The notes under the pieces are model-generated. The model made no database searches. It was given only the letters and a program-made list of their open reading frames with translations, and had not been told where the DNA came from. From NCBI GenBank assembly GCA_037305845.1, contig CP147778.1:3072001-3136000 (forward strand): a stretch of DNA of 64,000 nt, written 5' to 3'. This DNA is from Candidatus Freyarchaeum deiterrae (lineage in GTDB: Archaea > Asgardarchaeota > Jordiarchaeia > Jordiarchaeales > Jordiarchaeaceae). This document shows, in pieces, positions 10,014 to 20,835 of this stretch; within the stretch, counting starts at the first letter, position 1, and every line of letters begins with the position of its first letter. The translations under genes and the position numbers were made by a program.

Positions 10014-10859
10014 ATGAGTGGGAAAGCGGTTTTAAACCCTAAAAAAGGGACGGAACCTTCTAAGAAGGTAAAAGTAAAGAATGGTAAAAAGCCCAATTAC
10101 GGATACGTTGCTCTCAAACCTTTTCTAGGAATTACTATTGTAGGTATAATTGGGTTAATTGTGGCTTTGGCAGGTCTTGCAGGTCTTTTCATCAATTGGT
10201 CACTAAGCTGGGTTTTACTACTAGTTGGTATTCCAATAGCCTTTGTAGGATTGTATATCGGAGCTTCATATGTACCAATGCATTATTTGCTACTCAGACC
10301 TCGATACATTACCAATATGTGGAAACAGGTTGCGGAAAACGAGGATGTTAAGGGCAACGAATATCTTCTGGATGCAGGTTGCGGTACAGGATCATTAGCT
10401 ATTAATTGGGCTAAGATTTTGAATAAAGGAAAAGTAGTTGGCATTGACATTTACGGTGGTATGAGCGGTAATTCACCCGACCAGGCTTACAGGAACGCAG
10501 AACTAGAGGGTGTTATCAAAAGAGTAGAATTCAAAAATGGAAACATTTTAGAGATTCCTTACCCCGATAATACATTTGACATAGTTACTGCAGGTTCCGT
10601 GCTTCACGAGTTACACGAAGAAGAGGATAAAATCAAAGCCCTAAAAGAAATAAAGCGGGTTTTGAAGCCCGGAGGCAAATTCATGACCGTTGAACTTCTA
10701 AGAAATGCCAGAATGTCTCTCGCCATGCTATTCTTCGCACTTGTTTGGAAGCCTAAACAGTATTGGATTAACCTTCTGAAAAAAACAGGTTTTAGAAATT
10801 TGAAAATTGAAGAGGGTAAGCGGTATATAAATTACGCCATATACATTGTCCAGAAGTAG
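10014..10859 (+). CDS. Membrane-anchored class I SAM-dependent methyltransferase
   Basis: Two N-terminal hydrophobic helices; LLDAGCGTG; IPYPDNTFDIV; KRVLKPGG. Confidence 0.88.
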   Translation: MSGKAVLNPKKGTEPSKKVKVKNGKKPNYGYVALKPFLGITIVGIIGLIVALAGLAGLFINWSLSWVLLLVGIPIAFVGLYIGASYVPMHYLLLRPRYITNMWKQVAENEDVKGNEYLLDAGCGTGSLAINWAKILNKGKVVGIDIYGGMSGNSPDQAYRNAELEGVIKRVEFKNGNILEIPYPDNTFDIVTAGSVLHELHEEEDKIKALKEIKRVLKPGGKFMTVELLRNARMSLAMLFFALVWKPKQYWINLLKKTGFRNLKIEEGKRYINYAIYIVQK

Positions 10860-11192
10860 AAAGGAAGATACTAACACATTCTTCCTTAAAATCTGGTTTT
10901 TCTTTTTTCAAAGAATGCTATGGCCACTTCTATGTGGCATCGGATGAGTATAGTCGAGCTTAGTAGCGGATCTCCTGTTTTAGCATTTCACGGAAGAGTT
11001 CACCATATCCTTCATATATGTGTCTTTTCCAGCATTAGTTATTTTATCGTTCAACAAACAAAGTGTGTTTGCATTTTTCATATTTATTTTACTGTGCGGT
11101 TTTGGGGGGATAAATTTATTATCTTTTTTATGGAGATTTCAACGAAAGTTAAGTTAATTATTTAAAATTGATTCTATTGAGGAGGAAGAGTT

Positions 11193-11771
11193 GTGGTAAG
11201 ACTTTCTAAAGAAGCAGAAAAGCTGATAAAAAGGTTTCAGAAAACCGAGAAACAGAAAGAGTTTCAATACGATTTTTTTGTGGATCAATCCAAATACGAG
11301 AAATGGGAAGATGTGAAGATAGGAACTGAGGGATTCGGAGAAAGAGAGTTTAAGGTTAAGAGAGAGGACATTGACGCTTATATGGAGTGCACTCAAGACG
11401 AGAACCCAGTTTTTAATGATGAAGAATTCGCAAAGGAAACCGCTTGGGGTGGTTTGATTGCGCCTCCAATGTTTATTACCCCTGTAAACTTCTGGATTGC
11501 TGGTACCAGTTCTGGCAGCTGGATTAGAACCCCCGGCGCAATTAATCCGGGACAAAAAATAGAATTCTACGAACCTATCCGAGAAGGCGATGTACTAAAA
11601 ATCAAATCGCAAGCTTATGACAAATACATCAAGAGAGGAAAACGCTACCTCACATATTACTCGGAAATCATAAACCAGAAAGATGAACTTGTCGCTATAT
11701 GGTGGGGAACACTAATACTCCCGTTTTCAAAAGGCGAGGAGGAGCACAAGATAGAAGGAGCGAAAAAGTAA
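11193..11771 (+). CDS. MaoC-family dehydratase, N-terminal-type subunit (hotdog fold)
   Basis: DENPVFNDEEFAKETAWGGLIAPP; EFYEPIREGD. Confidence 0.85.
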   Translation: MVRLSKEAEKLIKRFQKTEKQKEFQYDFFVDQSKYEKWEDVKIGTEGFGEREFKVKREDIDAYMECTQDENPVFNDEEFAKETAWGGLIAPPMFITPVNFWIAGTSSGSWIRTPGAINPGQKIEFYEPIREGDVLKIKSQAYDKYIKRGKRYLTYYSEIINQKDELVAIWWGTLILPFSKGEEEHKIEGAKK

Positions 11772-11799
11772 TTGCATAAAAAGGAAAGTGGTGAAATAA

Positions 11800-12237
11800 T
11801 TGTCTCAAAAAGTGAAATTTGAAGATGTAGAATTGGATTACGAATTACCTCCCGTGGAAATGCTCGTCACTCAGGAATTAATTTCAAGATTCGCTTGCGG
11901 TTCACTTGATTTCAATCCGATCCACGTGGATCCAGTTTGGGCCAAAGAAGTGAACCTTTTTGGCATTGGAAGCACTATTGCTCATGGACAGTGGACCATC
12001 GCTTTGATGACTCAAGTAATCACAAACTGGTGCTATGCTGATGGGGGCAGGTTGAAATCCATAGATATAAAACTCATCAAACCGGTTATACCAGGAGATA
12101 CTGTCAAGTTTTACGGAAAAGTAGTTGCGAAACATCCAAGAACGAAGGAAATGAGCTTCGTAGACTTGGAGCTCTATGCAGACAACCAGAACGGCGACAA
12201 GGTGGCTGTAGGCAAAGCTCAGGCATATTTACCTTAA
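11800..12237 (+). CDS. MaoC-family (R)-hydratase catalytic subunit
   Basis: DFNPIHVD...IAHG hydratase-2 motif. Confidence 0.9.
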   Translation: MSQKVKFEDVELDYELPPVEMLVTQELISRFACGSLDFNPIHVDPVWAKEVNLFGIGSTIAHGQWTIALMTQVITNWCYADGGRLKSIDIKLIKPVIPGDTVKFYGKVVAKHPRTKEMSFVDLELYADNQNGDKVAVGKAQAYLP

Positions 12238-12256
12238 CCCAAAAACTATGAAAAAT

Positions 12257-13699
12257 TCATCCTAACTCTTCCCTCTTGGTTTTATCAAGGAATTCTCTAT
12301 ATTTAAACAGGGACAGTAGTGTTTTTGCTGCGTCTTGTTCGGTTGGGTGTATTGAAATTCCTGATTCGTAGAGTCTTTTTAGTATATTAGGCATTTCTTC
12401 TGCATCTATACCTTTGAAGCGTGCACTGAGTTCTTTGTCTTGTATTTGGTCGATGTTAGTTACAACCGCAGTGGTTTTTTTTATTTTTTCTTTGAATTGA
12501 ACTAATGCTTCTGCAAAGTTTTTATCCATCCTGAAGTTGTAAACTAATATCATGTCAACATTCTCATCCTGGCCAACTATTGTTGCACTACGCATGTAAA
12601 GTGTATTATCAGTAGCCACAGTGAATCCCAAGTCTATGGGGTTTGAGTTGCTTGTTCCAAGATTTGGGATTATTTCTGAAAGTTTGTTTTTGGTATCTTC
12701 TGACAGCTCAGCTAGTTTCAGCCCTTTTTGTTCACATACATCCGCGGCGGAAACCGCAGGGCCTCCGGGTGCAGATACAATTGCCACTCGATTGCTTTTT
12801 GGTAGTTGGGGATTAATTAAAGCGGTAATACTTCCGAACAATTCGTACACGTTTTCCACATTTATTAAGCCCGCCTGTTTGTACACCGCATCCCATATTT
12901 CTCTTTTTCCGCAAAGTGAGCCCGTATGTGAGCCTGCCGCCTTAGCACCACCCGTTGTCCTCCCAACCTTCCATAATATAACTGGTTTTTTCTTTGAGAT
13001 TTGTTTTGCTAATCCGAGAAACCTTCGTCCATCTTCCACACCCTCCAAATAACAGGCAATGATCCCGGTTTGGGGGTCATTTCCCAGATACTCCAAAAAA
13101 TCGTTAGCATCTAAATCACAAGCGTTTCCTAGACTAATAACCTTACTAAATGTTACCCCACGAATCTTCCCCGCCATGGCAATGTACATAGCTAAAGATC
13201 CTGACTGGGAGATAAAAGAAACAGGCCCACTTTCTTTAGATAGTCCTGGGATGAAAGACAGTTTTGTGGAGGGGCAGTAAAGACCCATACAGTTTGGTCC
13301 AATTATTCTTAGGTTGCCCTTTCTGGCAATACTGACTAGTTCCTGCTCTCTCTTCTTTCCCTCCACTCCTTGCTCTCGGTAACCCGAAGCAAAAATTACG
13401 GCTCCCTTAACATTTTTCTCGACGGCTTCTTCAATTACTTGAGGCACTTTATCCGGATGCAATGAAACCACTAGAAGGTCTACCGGATCTTCTATGTCTT
13501 TAAGGCTGGGATAGCTCTTCAATCCCATCACTTTTTCCTCCTCAGGATTAATGGGATAGAGTTTCCCTTCGAAGCCAATATCTATGAAGTTATAGAGAAG
13601 CATATTTCCAAGTCTAGCTCTCTTATCACTAGCACCGGTTATCGCGATGGATCTCGGCTTGAAAATTACATCTATTTGAGAAATCAAATCCTCTTTCAA
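12257..13699 (-). CDS. ADP-forming acyl-CoA synthetase alpha subunit
   Basis: IIGPNCMG, ISQSGSL, SLGNACDL, AAGSHTGSL (phospho-His), NPIDL. Confidence 0.92.
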   Translation of the reverse strand: MKEDLISQIDVIFKPRSIAITGASDKRARLGNMLLYNFIDIGFEGKLYPINPEEEKVMGLKSYPSLKDIEDPVDLLVVSLHPDKVPQVIEEAVEKNVKGAVIFASGYREQGVEGKKREQELVSIARKGNLRIIGPNCMGLYCPSTKLSFIPGLSKESGPVSFISQSGSLAMYIAMAGKIRGVTFSKVISLGNACDLDANDFLEYLGNDPQTGIIACYLEGVEDGRRFLGLAKQISKKKPVILWKVGRTTGGAKAAGSHTGSLCGKREIWDAVYKQAGLINVENVYELFGSITALINPQLPKSNRVAIVSAPGGPAVSAADVCEQKGLKLAELSEDTKNKLSEIIPNLGTSNSNPIDLGFTVATDNTLYMRSATIVGQDENVDMILVYNFRMDKNFAEALVQFKEKIKKTTAVVTNIDQIQDKELSARFKGIDAEEMPNILKRLYESGISIHPTEQDAAKTLLSLFKYREFLDKTKREELG

Positions 13700-13942
13700 G
13701 ATAAAACCTCAAAACTATTAAACACAAAAACTACAGTTTACCGCCAACGATATAAAACTAACGAAAAGAAGTTATGCGTAACCAATAGAAACAAGTTTGA
13801 AAAAGTATAAATATGTACACTCATTTTCTTTATACTTGAGGCATGCTGAGAGGCTATAACTTTTATAAATACCTTTACAGCTCAAAATAAGAAAGTGAAA
13901 TTAGTTATTAATTGTCCATGCAGAATTTTTTAGGAAAATATT

Positions 13943-14605
13943 TTGCCTGGGGTGAGACAGTTGTTTAAGGATCGGGTTGATGCAGGAGTTAAGCTGGCTG
14001 AGGAATTGTTGAAGTATAAAAAAGATAATCCAGTAGTCTTAGCTATTCCTAGGGGAGGAGTTGTGGTGGGTTATGAGGTAGCCAAAGAACTTGGTGCTCC
14101 ACTCGACATAGTTGTTCCGCGTAAAATTCCCGCGCCCTCTAACCCCGAACTGGGTATAGGGGCGGTAACACAGGATGGAACTGTGATAATTGACGAACAG
14201 ATAAGAGGTTACTTGTTTGTTTCAGATGATTACATTAAGGAAGAGACAGAGAGACAAATCAAGGAAATTAAAAGAAGAATGAAAGCTTACCTCGGCGATA
14301 AAAAACCTATCTCTCTCAATGACCGGGTCGTAATTCTTGTTGATGACGGAATAGCAACAGGGGCAACTATGATAGCAGCCATCCGCTCGATAAGAAAACA
14401 GCAGCCTCAAAAAATTGTGGCAGCCGTACCAGTGGGGCCTCCAAGCACAATCCATAGAGTTAAGGAGGAGGCTGATGAGGTTGTTTGTCTAAAAACGGAT
14501 GAACTATTCGAGGCAGTAGGACAATTCTACATTGATTTCAGACAAACAAGTGATGACGAAGTTATAGCTCTCCTTAAAAAAGCAAAAACAGATTTCAAAG
14601 ATTAG
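13943..14605 (+). CDS. Phosphoribosyltransferase family protein
   Basis: FKDRVDAG, LAIPRGG, VILVDDGIATGAT. Confidence 0.92.
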   Translation: MPGVRQLFKDRVDAGVKLAEELLKYKKDNPVVLAIPRGGVVVGYEVAKELGAPLDIVVPRKIPAPSNPELGIGAVTQDGTVIIDEQIRGYLFVSDDYIKEETERQIKEIKRRMKAYLGDKKPISLNDRVVILVDDGIATGATMIAAIRSIRKQQPQKIVAAVPVGPPSTIHRVKEEADEVVCLKTDELFEAVGQFYIDFRQTSDDEVIALLKKAKTDFKD

Positions 14606-15211
14606 CAACGCTTTCCCATTTTAAATGAATGATTGGTTTGTATTTTGCAGACTGAATTTTTTGAGTCTTATCCGCAATATTTTATCGAGAAGGTGGATTT
14701 CATTATTCGTATTGGGCTGATAATTTTTAATGACTGTTTTTCTATCACGCATTCATCATTTAGACTTCGGTTTCTAAATTCTTTTTTACAAAAACAAACA
14801 CTTTGATGCATAAAAATTAGGAGAAAGGGTAGGACACTTCTTAGAATACTAATCTGACCAATATTTATTAAAAAATTCACAAAATGAACACTTTATAATA
14901 CAACTTTTTTACATTTTTAATTGAATTTTTCGCAATACAGAGAATAAAATTTATTTAAGACGAAATCGAATAAGTCTGTTATACGTACTATATCGAATTA
15001 TTAGAGCTTCCTGATGCAGACCGAGTAATATAGATTATTAGCATAATAGAAACACACCAAATAATTCGATTTCAGTACTTTTTTGGAAATAGCCATTTCA
15101 AATTCAAAACTCGTAACGAATAAATTATACAGCAAGATGAGCGGGGAAAGAAAAACCGAGTTTAATACCTCTAATCGTGAATGTTGAAAACATCTAACCG
15201 GAGGATCATTA

Positions 15212-16708
15212 ATGGTATCCCATTTATTGAGCTCGAAAGACATTCTTGTGGAATTGAGGAATGTTGTGGGTGAAGGTTTTGTTTCCAACACACAGGAAGA
15301 CCTTATCCCATACCTGAGGGATTCGTTTTCATCCCTTGGTGAGAAGTTCTTTGGTAAACCCGCCATGCCCGGCGTTGTGGTTTTTCCTGCTAACGCTGAA
15401 GAAGTTCAAAAGGTGGTTAAGATTGCTAACAAGTATAAAATTGCCATAATGCCTGTTGCTTTTGGAACAAACATGGCGGGTATCACCGTGCCATCAGTGG
15501 AAGGCTCAATGATAATTGACCTGAAGAGGTTAAATAGAGTAATCGAAATCGATGATGATTCCATGACTGCTACTATCGAACCAGCTGTTTCGTATGGTAA
15601 ACTTGACTCGGAGGCTAGGAAACATGGGCTTAAAACAGTTAGTAAAATAGGAGGATACACTGGAGGGCTTGTAGGGAATTTCGTAAGTGCGAATATGCGT
15701 CCATATAATTCCCGGTACGGTTGGACAGATCCTGTCGTTTCACTTGAGGTGGTTCTACCAAACGGCGACCTGCTCAGAACAGGGTCACAAGCCGTCCCCG
15801 GTTTTGAGAAGATAAACCCCTATGCAAGGTACTGTTTTGGACCGGACTTTGTTGGTTTGTTTAGAGGGAGCCTAGGCTCGTATGGTATCGTAACCAAAAT
15901 GGTAGTTCGCCTATACCCTGTTGGTGAGAAGAATGAGTTTCTATGGTATGAGTTCAGTGGCTTGGAGGATTTGCTTAAAGCCGTCAGAGAAACCCAGAGA
16001 AATGATATTGGAAACTCCGTTATGGCATACAATGCTAGCGGCATACTCTCGATTATAACGGACTACGGGGACAAATCAAACCCTGAGACAAACAAACGAA
16101 TTAAATCTATGTTTCCAGAATCTAAATGGTACCTTTTCATTGAACTCGAAGGAGCCGCCGTGAAGGTTAAAGTTGAAAAAAAGATAACAGATGAGATCTG
16201 CATTAAAGAAAACAAGGGAAAAGTGGTTCAATTACCCACGGAGAAGATGACGAAATACTTACAGGACTACACAACTCACAGGGGGGAAGCGGTAATGCAT
16301 CAGTGCAATGGAGGCCTTTTCGCGTTCTGGTGCAGCATGCCTCTAAAAAGAATAAAACCCTTCATAGATGATGCTAACCCTCAATTCGAAAAATTGGGAC
16401 TGAAGGATTTTATTTGTCCAACTGAGCCAGCACCCATCAGATGGGTTGTCATTCCCTTTGACAGAGGAACAACAATGATCTGTGGAATCAGCATCGAGTA
16501 CGACCCTCTAGACAAAGAACAGGTGGAAAAGCTTAGCGAAATGATCCAACCTCTCGTAATTACAATGCTAAAACACGGGGGAACACTTCCACTGACAATG
16601 CAGCAACTAACAAATATGCTACTAATGCCAAGCTACGCAAATCTATTACGTACCATCAAAAAGCTCCTCGACCCAGAGAACATACTTGTCCCAGGCAAAT
16701 TGTGTTAA
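15212..16708 (+). CDS. FAD-binding oxidoreductase (GlcD/D-lactate dehydrogenase-like)
   Basis: VVFPANAEEVQKVV, IIDLKRLNRV, LEVVLPNG, GSLGSYGIVTK, C-terminal LDPENILVPGK. Confidence 0.88.
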   Translation: MVSHLLSSKDILVELRNVVGEGFVSNTQEDLIPYLRDSFSSLGEKFFGKPAMPGVVVFPANAEEVQKVVKIANKYKIAIMPVAFGTNMAGITVPSVEGSMIIDLKRLNRVIEIDDDSMTATIEPAVSYGKLDSEARKHGLKTVSKIGGYTGGLVGNFVSANMRPYNSRYGWTDPVVSLEVVLPNGDLLRTGSQAVPGFEKINPYARYCFGPDFVGLFRGSLGSYGIVTKMVVRLYPVGEKNEFLWYEFSGLEDLLKAVRETQRNDIGNSVMAYNASGILSIITDYGDKSNPETNKRIKSMFPESKWYLFIELEGAAVKVKVEKKITDEICIKENKGKVVQLPTEKMTKYLQDYTTHRGEAVMHQCNGGLFAFWCSMPLKRIKPFIDDANPQFEKLGLKDFICPTEPAPIRWVVIPFDRGTTMICGISIEYDPLDKEQVEKLSEMIQPLVITMLKHGGTLPLTMQQLTNMLLMPSYANLLRTIKKLLDPENILVPGKLC

Positions 16709-16810
16709 TGAGATAACTCACGTAAACTATTCTAAAAATACCTACTGTTTTAAAGAACCTCGAAAAGTCTCCTTTTCGCAGAAGAAGAATAGGATAAGTG
16801 AAATAATGGA

Positions 16811-18052
16811 GTGTATAAGCAAATGAATAATTTTCTAAAGATTAAGAATGATTGTGACTTGGTGAATTTTATTGAAAGATGTGCCAAGTGCTCTTACTGC
16901 TTAGAGGATAAGAATTCTCACCTGCCTATCTGTCCTTCAACCGAGTACTTCCACTTAGCCTCACACCGCCCCCCGGGGAGACTTGAGTTAGCAAGAGCAT
17001 TGATAGGCTTGTATGATAACATTGAGTTAGATTTGAACATGGATGAAATTGTGAAGAAATTCTACTCCTGCATGTTATGCGGCGCATGCGATTATAAATG
17101 CAGAGAGTTAACCGGTAAAAGTCCCCTTAGCGTCTTTATGGAAGTACGAAAAGAACTTTTCAATAACAATATTGGTCCACCTGCTGCCCATAGAATTCTA
17201 TTTGAAAACGTGTTAAAACACGGTAACCCACAGGGTATGCCAAGGGAGAAGAGGCCTGAACGTATACTACCTCTCATCAGTAACTCTCACTACATAAACA
17301 GAAATGCCCCTTTATTGTATTTTGTGGGTTGCGTTTCATCCTATTCCGACAACCTGCCATCACACGCCGCTAACATGGTAAGAGTCCTGATGAAAGCCGA
17401 AACTGAATTTAGGATTCTCCCAGATGAACCCTGCTGCTCACACGTGTTAATTAAGACCGGACAGGAAAACCTAATCCTTGACTACATGAAAGAAGCATTT
17501 GATAAAGTCAACTCCACTGGAGTGAAACAAGTACTCTTCTCATGTCCCGCTTGCTATAGAGCATTCAAATATGAGTATCCAAAGCTGCTCGGCGTGGAAC
17601 CGAACTTTGAATGCATCACATCATCAGAATTCATATACAACCTATTAAATGAAGGAAAATTACAGCCGAATGGAAAAGGGAACTCGGAAGAGGAAGTCGT
17701 AGTGACTTATCACGACCCCTGCCATCTTGGACGACAGAGCGGCATCTACGATCCCCCTCGAAAAATCTTGGAATCCATTAAAGGATTGAAGCTTGTTGAG
17801 ATGCCAAGGAATAGAGAGAACTCTTGGTGCTGCGGCGTAGGTGGAGGCGTAAAAACAGCGTTCCCGGAATTCTCCCAAAAAACATCGGAAGAAAGAATAA
17901 ACGAAGCTAAATCAGTAGGTGCAACCATCCTAGTAACAGCATGCCCTGCATGTGAGAGCGGATTCAAAGACGCCTTAAAAGCACATAAGGATGATAACAA
18001 TCTGAAAGTACTAAATGTCGTTGATATTATTGCTAATCACCTAGGAATCTAA
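16811..18052 (+). CDS. Fe-S oxidoreductase with CCG domains (GlcF/HdrD/GlpC-like)
   Basis: CxxCxxC ferredoxin motifs; YFVGC, EPCCS, SCPAC, YHDPCHLGR, CCGVGGG, TACPAC. Confidence 0.92.
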   Translation: MYKQMNNFLKIKNDCDLVNFIERCAKCSYCLEDKNSHLPICPSTEYFHLASHRPPGRLELARALIGLYDNIELDLNMDEIVKKFYSCMLCGACDYKCRELTGKSPLSVFMEVRKELFNNNIGPPAAHRILFENVLKHGNPQGMPREKRPERILPLISNSHYINRNAPLLYFVGCVSSYSDNLPSHAANMVRVLMKAETEFRILPDEPCCSHVLIKTGQENLILDYMKEAFDKVNSTGVKQVLFSCPACYRAFKYEYPKLLGVEPNFECITSSEFIYNLLNEGKLQPNGKGNSEEEVVVTYHDPCHLGRQSGIYDPPRKILESIKGLKLVEMPRNRENSWCCGVGGGVKTAFPEFSQKTSEERINEAKSVGATILVTACPACESGFKDALKAHKDDNNLKVLNVVDIIANHLGI

Positions 18053-18278
18053 CTACAAAGATCCTTAATACCCCTTGAATAATTTCTTACATTCATTCTT
18101 TAAGATTCATCCATTAAAATAAAATCTCTCTAAATTATTCATTAGTCGAAGAAGATGTGTCTAAGAAGTATGTTGAGATTTTCGCAATATAAAAAAGGAA
18201 ACTTTTATTTGAGAAAAAAATACATTATAATATAGTTATAATTATACCTTATTTTTAGACGATGCAGGTGATAAATGA

Positions 18279-18980
18279 ATGGAGAGCATTAAAGCACCAT
18301 ATGATAAAATTGATTTCGATACTCTCATGGAGACAAGTATTTCATTTGCGACACTTGTAGATACTAAACTATACGGTCCAGTTTTCACCCGCCTATCAAG
18401 AATATATGCGCTTCGGTTTTTTGCAAATAGAATAGATGAAAAACCTCCCGAGGGCTCAGACGAATGGAATTGGACTCGAGTAAAAGAGTACTTCGCGAAA
18501 AATAAGGACTCTTATCCCTATGGTTTTAATGCTCTAATGTACGGCATGGCCAAAACAGAGGCTCTTTTACAGGGTTCAACTGGAGTTGCCAATCGCCTCT
18601 CAATAAACATGATGGCTAAAAATATGGCTAAACAACAGGGCGATAAACAAATTGAATTCTCGGACCTCGTAAGTGCTTTTAAACAAACAGCAGACATGTT
18701 TGTGGCATTGAGAATAATGCCCCCAAAAGCAAGTTACATGGTGGAGAACGGAAAAGTTAGGTTTACGGTCGACAATTGTAGCTACAAAGACACCTGTGAA
18801 GCGTTCCGTAAAGAAAAAATCATAAAATATGATTTGACAGCCGTCTGCTGTATATCACGAATACTGTGCACTTACATTGAACTAAAACTAAGTCCAGATT
18901 ACGATTACTCAGTAAAAGAATTCGCAAACCCCCACTGTAAAATAGACTTTTTAAAAAAGGAACCGAAACCCTTTAAATAA
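18279..18980 (+). CDS. Stand-alone V4R-like protein
   Basis: C-terminal C.Y...C...CC...C pattern; shares GPVFT and QG.TG segments with 56400 and 59446. Confidence 0.6.
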   Translation: MESIKAPYDKIDFDTLMETSISFATLVDTKLYGPVFTRLSRIYALRFFANRIDEKPPEGSDEWNWTRVKEYFAKNKDSYPYGFNALMYGMAKTEALLQGSTGVANRLSINMMAKNMAKQQGDKQIEFSDLVSAFKQTADMFVALRIMPPKASYMVENGKVRFTVDNCSYKDTCEAFRKEKIIKYDLTAVCCISRILCTYIELKLSPDYDYSVKEFANPHCKIDFLKKEPKPFK

Positions 18981-19036
18981 GAGACCTTTTTTTCTCCAAA
19001 CGGTCTTTAAGAACAAGTCTCCTTTCACATAACGAC

Positions 19037-19540
19037 TTATTTTTGTAGCCCTTGAGCCATCTCTTTGAGAAGAGGAGTAATTCCACCCTTCTCCAAAACC
19101 TCGAGCATGTCTGGAGACAGGGGTTTCCCTTCTAATGTGCTGTTTCTGTCCAAGTTTTCAACCCTAGCTTTCCGTAGGTCCAATTCTAGGGTGTCTCCTT
19201 GTTCAAATGCTTCAGAGACTTTAGGGCACTCTAGTATAGGTAGACCGACGGCTATGGAGTTTCTGAAGAATATTCTCGCAAAGGACTCTGCAATAACGGC
19301 TGCTACCCCCAGCCTCTTTATCAGTTCGGGGGCTGTTTCTCTACTTGAGCCGCAGCCAAAGTTTCTTCCCCCAACTATGATATCTCCCAACTTCACTTCA
19401 TTGGGAAATTTTGGATTAATATTCTCTAAGACATGTTTTACTTGTTCCTCTATTGGAGTTTCTATATATTTGGAGGGAGATATTACATCGGTGTCCACGT
19501 TGTCTCCAAACTTCCAAACCTTCCCTTTTATTACATTCAT
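19037..19540 (-). CDS. leuD: Isopropylmalate/homoaconitate dehydratase small subunit
   Basis: GDNVDTDVI, NFGCGSSRE, AESFARIFFRN. Confidence 0.92.
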   Translation of the reverse strand: MNVIKGKVWKFGDNVDTDVISPSKYIETPIEEQVKHVLENINPKFPNEVKLGDIIVGGRNFGCGSSRETAPELIKRLGVAAVIAESFARIFFRNSIAVGLPILECPKVSEAFEQGDTLELDLRKARVENLDRNSTLEGKPLSPDMLEVLEKGGITPLLKEMAQGLQK

Positions 19541-19553
19541 TTTTTCAACTTCT

Positions 19554-20807
19554 TTAATATTTTCTCGGATCCGCTATCTTTCCCTCAATGGCTGATGCGG
19601 CAACTGTTGCAGGCGATGCCAAGTATACTTTTGACTCGCTGTCACCCATCCTTCCTTTGAAGTTCCTGTTTATGGAGGCGATGCAAACTTCACCCGCGGC
19701 AAGCAATCCCATATGAGTTCCGAAGCAGGCTCCACAGCCGGGGTTGCATATTATTCCGTCAGCATCGATAATTGTTTCAAGAATCCCCTCTTTCAGGGCT
19801 TCTCTATAAACATCTGTGGATGCGGGTATTACAATCAATCGAGTATCTGGATGAACCTTTTTGCCATCAAGAATTTCTGCAGCGACCCGCAGATCCTCCA
19901 CTCTACCGTTTGTACAAGATCCAAGAAGGGCTTGATTGACGAGTATACCCTCAACCTCAGTGACTGGTTTTACATTATCCACCGTGTACGGTTCTGCTAC
20001 CTGTGGCTCAAGTTCATTTACATCTTCCTCGTAGATTTTCTCATATTCGGCGTCTTCATCCGCCTTCAGTTTTTGGATCGGTTCCCTCGTCCTGTTCCTG
20101 AGGTAGTCAACTGTTTTCTTATCTGTCTCAAAGAAACCGAACTTTGCACCCATCTCCAGCGCCATGTTGCTCATAGTCATTCTACTGGAGATGCTCAGCT
20201 CTTTGGAGAGGCTTCCGGTAAACTCGACGGACTTATACTGAGCCGCCTCTGCGGAGTATTTACCCAACAGTTTTAGGATTACGTCCTTGGACATAACATT
20301 ATAGGGTAATTTTCCGCTGATTTCGAATTTTATGGTTTCAGGAACACGGAACCAGAGTTTCCCTGTAGCCAATACATAAGCCATCTCCGAGAAACCAATC
20401 CCGGTGCCGGCAGCGGTTAACGCACCATAGGTAGTAGTGTGAGAATCCGTTCCCACAATCAGCATGCCTGGAAGAACATGCCCTCTTTCCGAGAGAACCT
20501 GGTGACAGACCCCAGCCTTCTCATCGTAAAAATTCTTTATCCCCAGATTTCTTACCGCCTCTCGAATCATCTTATGCACACCCGCGTACCTCACATTAGG
20601 AGCAGGTGTTGCATGATCCAAGAGAACCACAATTTTGTCCGGATTCCATACCCTTTCGATTCCGGCACCAAGCAATACCAAGTAAGCTGCACCGAAGTCC
20701 TCATGAGCCATAGCTAAATCGATATCCGCGGTAACATACTCCCCGGGCTTCACGTACTCTTTTCCCGAAGCCCTCGCCAGAATCTTATCCGCTAACGTCA
20801 TACCCAT
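19554..20807 (-). CDS. leuC: Isopropylmalate/homoaconitate dehydratase large subunit
   Basis: DH, DSHT, GSCTNGR, CGACFG, NRNFKGRMG, LASPA. Confidence 0.93.
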   Translation of the reverse strand: MGMTLADKILARASGKEYVKPGEYVTADIDLAMAHEDFGAAYLVLLGAGIERVWNPDKIVVLLDHATPAPNVRYAGVHKMIREAVRNLGIKNFYDEKAGVCHQVLSERGHVLPGMLIVGTDSHTTTYGALTAAGTGIGFSEMAYVLATGKLWFRVPETIKFEISGKLPYNVMSKDVILKLLGKYSAEAAQYKSVEFTGSLSKELSISSRMTMSNMALEMGAKFGFFETDKKTVDYLRNRTREPIQKLKADEDAEYEKIYEEDVNELEPQVAEPYTVDNVKPVTEVEGILVNQALLGSCTNGRVEDLRVAAEILDGKKVHPDTRLIVIPASTDVYREALKEGILETIIDADGIICNPGCGACFGTHMGLLAAGEVCIASINRNFKGRMGDSESKVYLASPATVAASAIEGKIADPRKY

Positions 20808-20835
20808 TCAAGCACCACTCACAGAATTTAATCAA

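Noticed and set aside
10920-11165. Small ORFs in spacers (10920..11165, 14668..14880, 53959..54186)
   Set aside because: No motifs, atypical composition, no RBS
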